This document shows positions 52,701-62,745 of a stretch of 64,000 bases of DNA, piece by piece. The stretch is from an uncultured Bacteroidales bacterium. GTDB lineage: Bacteria; Bacteroidota; Bacteroidia; Bacteroidales; TTA-H9. How positions within the stretch are numbered: the stretch's first letter is position 1; each line of letters begins with the position of its first letter. Position numbers and translations under genes: made by a program. The stretch covers positions 16,897 to 80,896 of the forward strand of contig CAYUII010000016.1 in NCBI GenBank assembly GCA_964444785.1. Reading direction: 5' to 3'. The notes under the pieces are model-generated. The model was given only the letters and a program-made list of their open reading frames with translations. It ran no database searches and was not told where the DNA came from.

Positions 52701-54394
52701 AGTACGATGAATTCATTGCCAAGGGAAATCTGGATTTTCAATCCCAAGATTTATCAGCTGCTCTAGAAAACTACAGTCAGGCCTTGCGTCGTCGCCCATC
52801 TGAAGAATATCCTAAAGATCAAATAAGAAAGATTAATGAAGTAATAAAGGCCAATCAGGCCAAACTGGAACAAGAGATAGCGAGTCAATTTGAGATAGCT
52901 CAGAAAGCCATAGAACAAAAGCAGTGGGATTTAGCCATCGATGCATTTAATAAAATACTAGCTTTAAAACCGGATCAATCTAAAGCTATTTCTGGGCTTA
53001 ATGAGACGAAAAGGATGAAGCAAGAGGAGGCAAGAACTAATCAATTGTATGCTCAAGCCATAAACTCCGGAGATTCTCTTCTTAGAAACAAAGAGTTTGA
53101 ATTAGCACTTGTTTCATTTAAAAACTCTGTAAATCTAAAACCAAACGAAATCTATCCAAAGGAGAAGATTTCTGAAATTGAAAAGCAAATCAATGATCAA
53201 AAGGCCAAACAGATGGCCTATGATGCACACCTAAATCAGGGGATGCGTTTCAAAGTAGAAGGCCGTTTAGAGGAAAGTTTAAAATCATATGAAGCTGCAC
53301 TTGCGATTAAGTCGGATGCTTCAATAATTAAGGAAATCAGCGATCTTAAGACGGCAATTCAGTTAAAAGAAAATACAATAAGGAGCTATCGATTAGCTTG
53401 TAATGAGGCCTTCGATAAATATAAAAAGAATGATTTAGAGGCAGCACTTGAAGGATATATCGCTGCTGATCAGATCTTGACTACGGACTCCCTTAAATCC
53501 AGAATAAACTCCATCAAGCAGACCATTGCAAAAAGAGTTCAGCAAGAAAAGCTATATCAGAAATTCATTAAATCTGGAGACTCCCTTCTATCTATGACAG
53601 CACCTGTAGAAGCTTTAAGAAGTTTTCAAAATGCTGAAAATTTAAAACCGGGATCGGAGTTCGTGCTTTCGAAAATCGCTTCAGCCCAGAAAGCGATCTT
53701 TGATCTTAACAAAGAAAAAGAGAGATATAATCAAATCGTAAGAATTGCCGATAGTCTACTCAACAATAAACTACATTCTGATGCCTTATCTTTTTATGAG
53801 CAGGCTCAGAAAAGCAGTTTCCATGATCAATATATAACCAACCGCGTAAATGAAATCAAGGAATATCTTAACCAGCCACAGTTCCTTCGTGGGTTAAACT
53901 ATTCCACTGTTATGGCTCAGGCGCAAAGCAGCCTAGCCTCAAAAGAATACGCCAAAGCAGCAGATGCCTTCTTACTCGCAATGCAATTGAAGCCTGATGA
54001 AAAACAGCCCTACGATGGATTAGCTCAAATAGTCCAAACTCTAAAGGCAAACAAAACAATTTCCCTGTTAAATGGGTCAGTTGAAATTCCTCAAGGTAAG
54101 GAGGGTCAATTTGAAATTGCCAGTAACCTCTATGATAAAAACAGCACTCAATACATTATTTTAACGACCAGTGTTCCGGAAACATCCAATGTAAAACTTG
54201 TTATAAACTATGGAAACAAAACTGGCACCAATGGTGGATTTGTATATAGGTTACCTTATCGTGGCAATGAGAGCATCTACATTTTCAAAATTAGTGATGA
54301 ATCAGGCTGGAAGACCTCGAACGACTGGATGAGTTTTATATCTGAGAACGGCGATCTTTTACTTAAAAGTCTTGAACTAACAACCATAAAATAG
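49727..54394 (+). CDS. Secreted 1555-aa helical-repeat (TPR-like) protein with non-repeat beta-rich C-terminal domain
   Basis: Signal peptide. Roughly 20 copies of a unit ending A..(L/I)KP.E.YP...I.EI (e.g. AIDAKPDESYPKNKIREIE, ALRRRPSEEYPKDQIRKIN). The last ~170 aa are non-repetitive. Confidence 0.8.
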   Translation: MYNLKATIILGGIFLFTSSTLLSQNPSVSFIKAKRFADSVYKRNELDNALAAYKYAQRLNQSDATVKGLIDQISAKINEAKGQKSQSLLLFKQAKAAIQDGKDGDALTLLSNAKKLDPENSEIADLYLNVDNRVNKNLKLKEEFDKLVSDSRNQLVNRYFVAASDNCNLALKIFPKEASATTLLKKILEDKETAMKAYSALLAQAESEYSKVNITQAIEKLKQAANLMPEEKFPASRIKELETVLDYQNQLEQVYKNSISEADRALTSGNTTLAVKKYREAIDAKPDESYPKNKIREIESRQMADQQKKELFAQSMQKGIALYENNDFENARDNFSQAASLNPVALEPKSWLSKVDDKLKFEKKKRLDFEKEMNLAYDQLNKREWSKSRDAFQRAKTILPDTKEPIIGISKLDSLILINDKAFSTAINSAEEELKRQHYIESIALFKEALILKPDHKELNLRIAAIEAELKKSQNIIASYEKSMKEGNLLLSQNKLADARAKFAKALELIPNNELAISRINEIDQKLISIANENEKVLQILNNAEENFSKALYSEALALFNEALTIQPQNPAIKSRRDETEFQINKIQNLSLFYSKAIEAANLAYSNNDLITAKAKYSEANKLKPQEPLPIQKISEIDQLLAKNKQIASTIDQLVSDAEKFVKSENYRDAIKLYDQAITLKPDQKSLLDRKNELNIIADQIDKNNTAYQSAIANGESQFKDNNLVLARASFAEAALIKPSEALPKQRITEIDKRISDQNQKEAQFSGYMKSLSDNLASKNYTSAIKFADLALAIKANHPEAVKLKAKADSLNKSDIALNIRYKELVDRANSAFSSQDLTGARASYVEASLLKPSEKMPVEKIAEIDRLLAAESEINQKYISALQSADDALKNLLYDNALLGYKTALAIKPTEAYPKDQITKVTQTLENIKKAESQYQMAIQNGDLAFKARTFKAAIEFYQSALQAKPDATYPNKMIAKIDSTEKAEIKIQAEYDEFIAKGNLDFQSQDLSAALENYSQALRRRPSEEYPKDQIRKINEVIKANQAKLEQEIASQFEIAQKAIEQKQWDLAIDAFNKILALKPDQSKAISGLNETKRMKQEEARTNQLYAQAINSGDSLLRNKEFELALVSFKNSVNLKPNEIYPKEKISEIEKQINDQKAKQMAYDAHLNQGMRFKVEGRLEESLKSYEAALAIKSDASIIKEISDLKTAIQLKENTIRSYRLACNEAFDKYKKNDLEAALEGYIAADQILTTDSLKSRINSIKQTIAKRVQQEKLYQKFIKSGDSLLSMTAPVEALRSFQNAENLKPGSEFVLSKIASAQKAIFDLNKEKERYNQIVRIADSLLNNKLHSDALSFYEQAQKSSFHDQYITNRVNEIKEYLNQPQFLRGLNYSTVMAQAQSSLASKEYAKAADAFLLAMQLKPDEKQPYDGLAQIVQTLKANKTISLLNGSVEIPQGKEGQFEIASNLYDKNSTQYIILTTSVPETSNVKLVINYGNKTGTNGGFVYRLPYRGNESIYIFKISDESGWKTSNDWMSFISENGDLLLKSLELTTIK

Positions 54395-54410
54395 TGCTTT
54401 ATTCTTAAAA

Positions 54411-54447
54411 AGAGGGTATTCACTGAATGAATACCCTCTTTTTTTTG
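54411..54447 (+). terminator. Intrinsic terminator after the giant gene
   Basis: 12-bp stem AGAGGGTATTCA / TGAATACCCTCT followed by T8. Confidence 0.85.
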
Positions 54448-55115
54448 ATTGAAATCTATCAGTAGAGAGAAATTCCAACGATGACCAGTATATCAATGAG
54501 AAAACAGTCAGATACTGTATAGATATATTTATCTTATTCAGATCATCAATCAACATTTCATCATTTAACCTGTAGTTTATAATGTATTCGCTAACAGCTA
54601 GTTGCAACCACAAACACGACTTAACAAAATACAACAAACAGATTATCAGATTATTATAACTTGCTGAAATGGAGGAATATAATAATATGTATTCTAAGTT
54701 ACAATAAGATTTTAAAAAAACAATCAACAATATTTGCAGAGTTATTAACTTTCGCTAATTTAGAAACGCAGGTTAACTCGAAGGAATCACTTACAATACT
54801 TAGAATTACTGCAGGATTACATTTTGAGATAGGAAACCCTGTAAACACAACAAACACTTTATCAGACAATTAACCTCGAAACACTTAACCATTTTAAAGC
54901 TTCACAATTGCAGATTAGCACCGGAGAGCTATTTTTTAACAAGTAGGAATTTTTACTAGTATAGGCAAAGATTCGAATAAAACAAGAGCATTTTTTCTTT
55001 TTTATTCACTTATTTAGTCCCAAATTTGTTGAAAAGATGTTACAATTCTGTCAACATCATTAAGGTGCAGGAAAGCGACTGAAAGCGAAAAAAGTAGGCC
55101 GTCAAACTAAAAAGT

Positions 55116-56570
55116 ATGTCAACATCGCCAATGGAAAAAGACCACAAGCAGGTATGGGATAACTGTCTAAGAATCATAAAAGACAACATTAGTCCTGCCA
55201 GCTTTAAAACATGGTTTACACCAATCGTTCCCGTTAAGTTGGATCGAAACGTGCTTACCATACAGGTTCCAAGTCAGTTTTTTTACGAATGGCTTGAAGA
55301 GCATTACGTTTTGCTTCTTAAAAAGACCATAAAAAAAGAATTAGGAGTTGATGGACATCTTGAATATCAAGTTGTGATGGATAATAGTTTTCACAATTCA
55401 TCCCCATACACTGTAAGAATGCCTGGAGCTAACCGCAAAAGCACTGAAAACGACCCGGTGTCCATTCCATTAAATCTTAATGCGGATGGGATTTCAAAGG
55501 ATATTCCAAACCCATTTGTAATTCCCGGATTAAAAAAGATTAAGATTAACTCACAGCTTAATGATAATTACTCGTTTGAGAACTTTATTGAAGGGGAATG
55601 TAATCGATTAGCTCGTTCTGCTGGTTACGCTATTTCAGAGAACCCAGGAAAAACGGCATTCAATCCATTTTTTATCTATAGTAATGCTGGTCTTGGCAAA
55701 ACCCACCTCTCTCAAGCTATCGGGCTTCAAATTAAAAATAACTTCCCTGATAAAACGGTTTTATACGTAACTGCTGATAACTTCATGCTTCAATTCACGG
55801 AAGCCGTCAGAAATCATTCTCAAAATGACTTCATTGGCTTCTATCAAATGATAGATGTGCTAATTATTGATGATATTCAATTTCTTAGCGGTAAAGCTAA
55901 AACTCAAGATATTTTCTTTCACATCTTCAACCATATGCATCAACTCTCCAAGCAAATCATTCTCACAAGTGACAAACCACCAGTAGAGCTTGGAGGAATT
56001 GAACAACGTCTTCTTTCTCGATTCAAATGGGGATTAGCCGCCGATCTGGCGATGCCTGACCTCGAAACGAAAATTGCGATACTTAAAAGTAAAATTTACA
56101 ACAACGGAATTGAAATACCTGATGAAGTGGTCGAATATCTTGCAATGAGTATTACCACTAATATCAGAGAACTTGAAGGAGGCCTTAATAGCTTAATAGC
56201 TCACTCCCTATTAAACAAAAAACCAATTTCCTTAGATTTAGCTAAAAGACTTATTGATAAACTCGTCATTTCTACTGCAAAAGAAATTAGCATTGACTAT
56301 ATCCAAAAGGTAGTTTGCGACTATTTCCAAATCACCGTGGATGTGCTAAATAGTAGAACGAGAAAACGACAGATAGTTCAAGCCCGTCAATTAGCAATGT
56401 ATTTCGCAAAAGAACACACTTCCGCATCCCTAGCTAGCATTGGATTGCACTGTGGAAACAAAGACCATGCAACGGTTCTACATGCATGCAAAACTGTAAA
56501 CAACCTCATTGAAACAGATCGACAGTTCAAAGGATTCTTCGAGGATATTGAAAAAAGGATAAAACTTTAA
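55116..56570 (+). CDS. dnaA: Chromosomal replication initiator protein DnaA
   Basis: 484 aa. WDNCLRIIKDNISPASFKTWF N-terminus, Walker A GLGKTHL, box VII/sensor motifs, C-terminal DNA-binding helix (RQLAMYFAKE...GNKDHATVLHA). Confidence 0.97.
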   Translation: MSTSPMEKDHKQVWDNCLRIIKDNISPASFKTWFTPIVPVKLDRNVLTIQVPSQFFYEWLEEHYVLLLKKTIKKELGVDGHLEYQVVMDNSFHNSSPYTVRMPGANRKSTENDPVSIPLNLNADGISKDIPNPFVIPGLKKIKINSQLNDNYSFENFIEGECNRLARSAGYAISENPGKTAFNPFFIYSNAGLGKTHLSQAIGLQIKNNFPDKTVLYVTADNFMLQFTEAVRNHSQNDFIGFYQMIDVLIIDDIQFLSGKAKTQDIFFHIFNHMHQLSKQIILTSDKPPVELGGIEQRLLSRFKWGLAADLAMPDLETKIAILKSKIYNNGIEIPDEVVEYLAMSITTNIRELEGGLNSLIAHSLLNKKPISLDLAKRLIDKLVISTAKEISIDYIQKVVCDYFQITVDVLNSRTRKRQIVQARQLAMYFAKEHTSASLASIGLHCGNKDHATVLHACKTVNNLIETDRQFKGFFEDIEKRIKL

Positions 56571-56576
56571 GTTCAT

Positions 56577-56611
56577 AAGGAGGATAACCACAATGGGTTC
56601 CTCCTTTTTTT
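56577..56611 (+). terminator. Intrinsic terminator after dnaA
   Basis: AAGGAGGATAACC / GGGTTCCTCCTT imperfect stem followed by a T-run. Confidence 0.7.
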
Positions 56612-56708
56612 AAATAATGATGACTTAATGATTCTTTTTTTACCTCTGAATTGAACACAATTCTCACCAGGGTTACTTCTCTGCTGTGACCTTACATTTA
56701 CTTAGTTG

Positions 56709-56716
56709 TAAATTTG
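56709..56716 (+). promoter_or_regulatory. -7 promoter motif TAaaTTTG upstream of the LMW-PTP gene
   Basis: TAAATTTG, 16 nt upstream of the ATG at 56733. Confidence 0.45.
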
Positions 56717-56732
56717 CTTAAATTTTAACTCT

Positions 56733-57185
56733 ATGAAGATTCTTGTTGTCTGCATGGGAAACATCTGTCGCTCACCGATGGCTGAAATTATTCTTAACTC
56801 GAAAGTTTCTTTACATAAAAAAGAATGGATCGTTGAATCAGCTGGCACCATTGGTTTTCATCAAGGAGAGCAGGCCGATATAAGAGCAATTGAAACGTGT
56901 AGACGATTTGGCCTGGATTTATCAAAACATCGGGCTCGTCAATTCAAAACTGACGATTTTTCCTATTTTGACCATATTCTAGTTATGGATAAAACAAACT
57001 TCCACGATGTTCAATTGAAAGCCAAGTCTTCAGATGAAAAAAGAAAAGTAAAATTCTTCACCCATCTTTCTAAAACCTCACCCAATAAAGAAATCCCTGA
57101 TCCATACTATGGAGGAGTTAAAGGTTTTGAACTAGTTTTTTCACTGCTTGATGAAGCAGCTGATGATCTAGTTAGCTACCTTTAA
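56733..57185 (+). CDS. Low-molecular-weight protein-tyrosine (or arsenate-type) phosphatase
   Basis: ILVVCMGNICRSPMAE (C-x5-R-S P-loop) and DPYYG motif. Confidence 0.9.
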   Translation: MKILVVCMGNICRSPMAEIILNSKVSLHKKEWIVESAGTIGFHQGEQADIRAIETCRRFGLDLSKHRARQFKTDDFSYFDHILVMDKTNFHDVQLKAKSSDEKRKVKFFTHLSKTSPNKEIPDPYYGGVKGFELVFSLLDEAADDLVSYL

Positions 57186-57280
57186 AGAATGACTAAACGC
57201 CCAGTAATACCTTTTTCTTTGATCACATAAAGATGTTAATTACTAATTCAAAATAGTATCGCAATCAATCACTACGTCAG

Positions 57281-58252
57281 ATGATACATGAACATTCAGC
57301 CCACCCAACAGCAGATGATATCATTCAGGCTTACAAACGCATTAAACCTTATATTCACCATACTCCTATTTTTTCTAGTGAATTATTAGACCAACGCTTT
57401 AACAACAACCTATTCTTTAAATGTGAAAACTTTCAGAAAGCGGGTGCCTTTAAATCAAGGGGTGTCTTTAATGCGCTTCTAAATCTATCCAAAAATGAAT
57501 TAGACAGAGGTGTTATAACTCACAGCTCTGGTAACCATGCTCAAGCTCTTGCCAGAGCAGCCCAATTATTAGACATGAAAGCAATAATTGTGATGCCGAA
57601 TAATGCCCCTCAAATAAAAAAAGATGCCGTTAAAAGCTACGGAGCTGAAATCCACTTCTGCGAACCTACTTTAGCTGCTAGAGAAGCTACAGTGAAACTT
57701 TTGATTGATAAATTTGGGGCTGTTGAAATACATCCTTATAATAATTATGAGGTGATTACCGGACAAGCAACTTGTTTTTATGAAGAGAGTTCTAACGAAC
57801 GTAAGTTCGATTACATTTTAACGCCAGTTGGAGGCGGTGGGTTATTAAGCGGAACAGCTTTAGCTGCAAACTACTTCTCTCCTATCTCTAAAGTCATTGG
57901 ATGTGAACCAGCTAATGCCGATGATGCCTTTCGATCCTTTATTTCAGGTCAGTTAATTCCATCTGATAATCCAAAGACTATTGCTGATGGGCTTCTTACC
58001 TCTTTAGGTGATAAAACTTTTCCTATTATAAAGACCTTTGTTAACTCAATACATACAGCAAATGAGGAGTCAATTTCTCTTGCCATGAGATTGATTTGGG
58101 AACGAATGAAAATAATCATTGAACCCTCTTCAGCTGTTCCTTTAGCAGTTCTTCTTGAAAACAAACTAACGATCAAAGGTCAGAATATCCTGATTATTTT
58201 GTCTGGTGGAAATCTAGACTTAACTAAACTCCCATGGAATCAGAACAATTAA
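57281..58252 (+). CDS. PLP-dependent serine/threonine dehydratase or racemase family enzyme
   Basis: FFKCENFQKAGAFKSRG (PLP Lys), SSGNHAQA and GGGGL glycine loop. Confidence 0.8.
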   Translation: MIHEHSAHPTADDIIQAYKRIKPYIHHTPIFSSELLDQRFNNNLFFKCENFQKAGAFKSRGVFNALLNLSKNELDRGVITHSSGNHAQALARAAQLLDMKAIIVMPNNAPQIKKDAVKSYGAEIHFCEPTLAAREATVKLLIDKFGAVEIHPYNNYEVITGQATCFYEESSNERKFDYILTPVGGGGLLSGTALAANYFSPISKVIGCEPANADDAFRSFISGQLIPSDNPKTIADGLLTSLGDKTFPIIKTFVNSIHTANEESISLAMRLIWERMKIIIEPSSAVPLAVLLENKLTIKGQNILIILSGGNLDLTKLPWNQNN

Positions 58253-58959
58253 ATACAAAGGGGAAACTTATACTACTTCCCACACCCATTAAAAATCTTG
58301 AAGATCAAGACTATTTTTGGTATCCATCTGACGTAGTTAGTGAGATAAGAATTTTTGCGGTAGAGGAAATTAAAACAGCGAGACGTTGGCTCAGAAAACT
58401 CGATTCTAAATTCCCAATTGATAGCTGTGAATTTCACTTGATCAATGAACACACCAAAGAAAATGACCTGACAAAAGCTAAAGTTCAATTAGATAATGGA
58501 GTAACAATGGGGCTTATGTCTGAGGCTGGCTTGCCATGCATCGCTGATCCCGGTTGGCCACTTGTAAGATATGCACATGAGAAAAAACATATAGTAATCC
58601 CTCATGTTGGTCCATCTAGTTTAATGATGGCATTAATGTCAAGTGGTCAAAATGGCCAAAACTTCACTTTTCATGGCTATCTTCCTGTAGAAGGCTTAGC
58701 TAGATCAAATAAAATCAAAGAGCTAGATAAAATAGCTTGGTCAAGTGGTTATTCCCAGATTTTCATAGAAACTCCATATAGAAATCAACAAATATTAGAT
58801 GCGCTTTACAACAATTGCAAACAAACTACCTTAATTACTATAGCCCTTGCTATAGACACAAAGGAGCAGTTTATTCGCACTGTTTACTCAAAAGATATAA
58901 GAAAAGAGAACCTAATCCTGGAAAAATCTCCTGCTGTCTTCATAATTGGAAGGCCATAA
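58234..58959 (+). CDS. Tetrapyrrole-methylase-fold SAM-dependent methyltransferase (RsmI-like)
   Basis: LILLPTPI, SEAGLPCIADPG, GPSSLMMALMSSG and FHGYLP motifs. Confidence 0.7.
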   Translation: MESEQLNTKGKLILLPTPIKNLEDQDYFWYPSDVVSEIRIFAVEEIKTARRWLRKLDSKFPIDSCEFHLINEHTKENDLTKAKVQLDNGVTMGLMSEAGLPCIADPGWPLVRYAHEKKHIVIPHVGPSSLMMALMSSGQNGQNFTFHGYLPVEGLARSNKIKELDKIAWSSGYSQIFIETPYRNQQILDALYNNCKQTTLITIALAIDTKEQFIRTVYSKDIRKENLILEKSPAVFIIGRP

Positions 58960-59028
58960 ACTACCAATACACTCATTATCAGAATTATGCACATTATACT
59001 GAAAGAGCATATAAAAAATGTTTTTTCG

Positions 59029-59036
59029 TATATTTG
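59029..59036 (+). promoter_or_regulatory. -7 promoter motif TAtaTTTG upstream of the SPT-like gene
   Basis: TATATTTG, 85 nt upstream of the ATG at 59122. Confidence 0.4.
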
Positions 59037-59115
59037 CGTTCTTTTGCCATAGAAACTGCCACTGACAGTCATGTTATTCGTGAGGCAAAAAAATAGTTAA
59101 ATAAACCAAACTTAA

Positions 59116-60309
<1,194 letters not shown>

Positions 60310-60311
60310 AA

Positions 60312-60344
60312 GTAAGTTATTGTAATTGTTTATCAATAACTTAC
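60312..60344 (+). other. Perfect 11-bp AT-rich hairpin between the SPT-like gene and the first GNAT-like gene
   Basis: GTAAGTTATTG / CAATAACTTAC with an 11-nt loop. No U-tract follows. Confidence 0.5.
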
Positions 60345-60412
60345 ATAAAAAAGATAATTATTCTGGCGTTTATGATGTGACCGCTGAAAGACAAATTGAT
60401 AACACATGAACC

Positions 60413-61567
60413 ATGAGCAATATTAAAATTGTTGAGGTTTCAAGTAAAAAAGATTTTGATGCCTTTGTTAGTTTTCCGAATAAACTATACCGCGACTGTC
60501 AATATTATGTTCCAAGCATTAGAAAAGAAGAGGAACAAATACTTACAGCATTTAGTAAACCCGAATTCGGAGGATGTATTGTAAAATACTGGCTTGCCGT
60601 TAAAGACAATGAGATTGCCGGGAGAATAGCTGGCATTATTAACCATTCTTATATTAACAAATGGGGAAAACGATTTGCCAGATTTGGTTGGCTTGACTTC
60701 ATTGATGATGAAAATGTCTCTGCTGCTCTAATCGAAAAAGTCGAGACTTGGGCTATCAATGAAGGGATGGAAGCGCTTAATGGACCTATGGGTTTTACCG
60801 ATTTTGATCCTCAAGGAATTTTAATAGATGGCTTTGCTGAAATGTCAACCATCGTCCAAAGATATAATTTCCCATACTATAAGAATCATCTTGAGAATCT
60901 TGGATTTATAAAAGATGCTGATTGGGTTGAGTATCAAATCAAAGTACCTGAGGTAATTCCACAAGAGATTGAAAGGTCTGCTTTATATCTTAAAACAAGA
61001 TATGGTCTTCAGGTTCCTAAACTCACAAGGAAGGAGGAGATTATCCCTTATTTAGATGATATCTTCTCCATTTTAAATGAAATATACAGCCTGATGTATG
61101 GCTTTGTCCCTATCACAGCAGAACTTAAAGAGTTCTATGTCAAAAAATATGTAAGTTACATCGACCCAAAACTTATCTCATTAATCCTCGATAGAAACGA
61201 CAAATTGATAGCCTTTGGCATTACAATTCCTTCTATGAGTCCCCTTTTTAAAAAGGCCAATGGAAGTGCTCTTGCTCTCAAATCATACCTTCTGCTTGGA
61301 AATTACCCAAAGAACAATATCGTTGATATGTATTTTATTGGTGTTAGACCCAGCTGGCTAAATAAAGGACTTAGTGCGGTCTTATTTGACACCATAGGAC
61401 GTTCATTAATTGAGCAGAAATTCGAATTAGCAGAAACCAACATGGAATATGAAAGCAATGAAGCGGTTCAATCCTTATGGAGTCGATTCGAGAAGAGACA
61501 ACATAAGAAAAGAAGATGCTACTTAAAGTATTTCATCAACAGCACTAGAACCGAAGATAATATTTAA
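60413..61567 (+). CDS. Uncharacterised ~380-aa acyl-CoA N-acyltransferase-like (double-GNAT?) protein, paralog 1
   Basis: Shares RFGWLDFIDD, GPMGFTDFD, IKDADWVEYQIK and a C-terminal HKKRRCYLKYF with the next gene. The size and alternating pattern suggest a Fem/NMT-like double-GNAT fold (inference). Confidence 0.5.
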   Translation: MSNIKIVEVSSKKDFDAFVSFPNKLYRDCQYYVPSIRKEEEQILTAFSKPEFGGCIVKYWLAVKDNEIAGRIAGIINHSYINKWGKRFARFGWLDFIDDENVSAALIEKVETWAINEGMEALNGPMGFTDFDPQGILIDGFAEMSTIVQRYNFPYYKNHLENLGFIKDADWVEYQIKVPEVIPQEIERSALYLKTRYGLQVPKLTRKEEIIPYLDDIFSILNEIYSLMYGFVPITAELKEFYVKKYVSYIDPKLISLILDRNDKLIAFGITIPSMSPLFKKANGSALALKSYLLLGNYPKNNIVDMYFIGVRPSWLNKGLSAVLFDTIGRSLIEQKFELAETNMEYESNEAVQSLWSRFEKRQHKKRRCYLKYFINSTRTEDNI

Positions 61568-61571
61568 CTAT

Positions 61572-62693
61572 ATGCCAATAGAAATCAGGGAGGTAAAATC
61601 TAAGCGAGAGCTTAATCAGTTTATTAAACTACCTTTTGAACTGTACAAAAACAATCCCTATTGGGTTCCACCAATCATAATGGAGGAAAAAATGACCTTT
61701 ACTAAAGGTAAAAATCCTGCTCTTGATTTCTGTGATCTGAAACTTTTTCTTGCCTTTAAAAACAATAAGGCTGTAGGTAGAATTGCTGCAATAATCAATC
61801 ATAAAGCTAATGAAGTATGGAATGGTAAACACGCCCGATTTGGCTGGATTGACTTTATAGACGACATTGAAGTCTCGTCTGCTCTCTTTGAAGCAGCTGA
61901 ATTGTTTGCAAAAGAGAAAGGCATGGAGGCAATTCATGGCCCATTAGGCTTTACTGATTTCGACAAAGAAGGAATGCTTATTTTTGGATTTAACGAGTTA
62001 GGGACAACCGCTACCATTTATAACCACCCATACTATCAGAATCATACTGAATCCGCTGGTTATATCAAGGATGCTGATTGGGTTGAGTTCGAAATCAAAG
62101 CAGACATTACTTTACCTGAAAAACATGCCAGAATTGCTGAACTAGTAAAACAGAGAAATGGGTTGAAACTCTTAAATGCAAAATCAAAAAAAGAACTTAT
62201 CCCATATATCCCTCAAATATTTGAACTAATTAATGAGTCATATCGTGAAATATATGGATTTGTTCCAGCAACACCCGAGCAAATCAAATATTACACTAAA
62301 CTGTATTTTGGTTTCGTTAACCCAGAGTTTGTTCCCGTTGTTCTAAACTCTGAAAATAAAGTTGTTGGTGTCGGAATCACTATGCCAAATGTGAGTAAGG
62401 CCCTTCAGAAGGCTCAAGGGAAACTCTTTCCATTCGGCTTTATTTATCTTCTCAGAGCATTGAAAAAGATGGATACTGTTGATTTTTATTTGACAGCTAT
62501 CAAACCAGAATTGCAAAACAAAGGAATAAATGCACTACTTTTTGCTCAACTTATTCCAGTATATAACAAATACAAGATTCTTAAAGCAGAAACCAACATA
62601 GAATTAGAAGAAAACCACAAGATTCAAAATATGTGGGAAGATTTTGAAAAGAGAAATCATAAACGCAGAAGAGCTTATATAAAACACTTCTAA
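61572..62693 (+). CDS. Uncharacterised acyl-CoA N-acyltransferase-like protein, paralog 2
   Basis: RFGWIDFIDD, GPLGFTDFD, IKDADWVEFEIK, HKRRRAYIKHF. Tandem duplicate of the preceding gene, 4-nt spacer. Confidence 0.5.
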   Translation: MPIEIREVKSKRELNQFIKLPFELYKNNPYWVPPIIMEEKMTFTKGKNPALDFCDLKLFLAFKNNKAVGRIAAIINHKANEVWNGKHARFGWIDFIDDIEVSSALFEAAELFAKEKGMEAIHGPLGFTDFDKEGMLIFGFNELGTTATIYNHPYYQNHTESAGYIKDADWVEFEIKADITLPEKHARIAELVKQRNGLKLLNAKSKKELIPYIPQIFELINESYREIYGFVPATPEQIKYYTKLYFGFVNPEFVPVVLNSENKVVGVGITMPNVSKALQKAQGKLFPFGFIYLLRALKKMDTVDFYLTAIKPELQNKGINALLFAQLIPVYNKYKILKAETNIELEENHKIQNMWEDFEKRNHKRRRAYIKHF

Positions 62694-62745
62694 ATCATCT
62701 CTTTTCCCCATATTTACACTTCCCTCTTAAACCACTGAAATTGGA

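Noticed and set aside
54377-54873. 117-aa (minus) and 70-aa (plus) ORFs in the dnaA upstream region
   Set aside because: The minus ORF overlaps the 3' end and terminator of the giant gene. Both are Ile/Leu/Asn/Tyr-rich AT-driven frames without start context.
54448-55115. oriC call next to dnaA
   Set aside because: I could not find a cluster of canonical DnaA boxes or an obvious DUE by eye, so I list it only as a question and not as a feature.
55040-55261. 73-aa minus ORF across the dnaA start
   Set aside because: It is antisense to the conserved dnaA N-terminus.
56733-57185. LMW-PTP as the cognate phosphatase of the Wzc-like protein (BY-kinase/phosphatase pair)
   Set aside because: The genes are 28 kb apart. 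The Wzc-like protein has no C-terminal tyrosine cluster and only a degenerate Walker A, so a functional pairing is unsupported.
58815-59096. 93-aa (plus) and 62-aa (minus) ORFs between the methyltransferase and the SPT-like gene
   Set aside because: They overlap the methyltransferase 3' end and the promoter region of the SPT-like gene, and their composition is odd (His/Tyr/Asn-rich).
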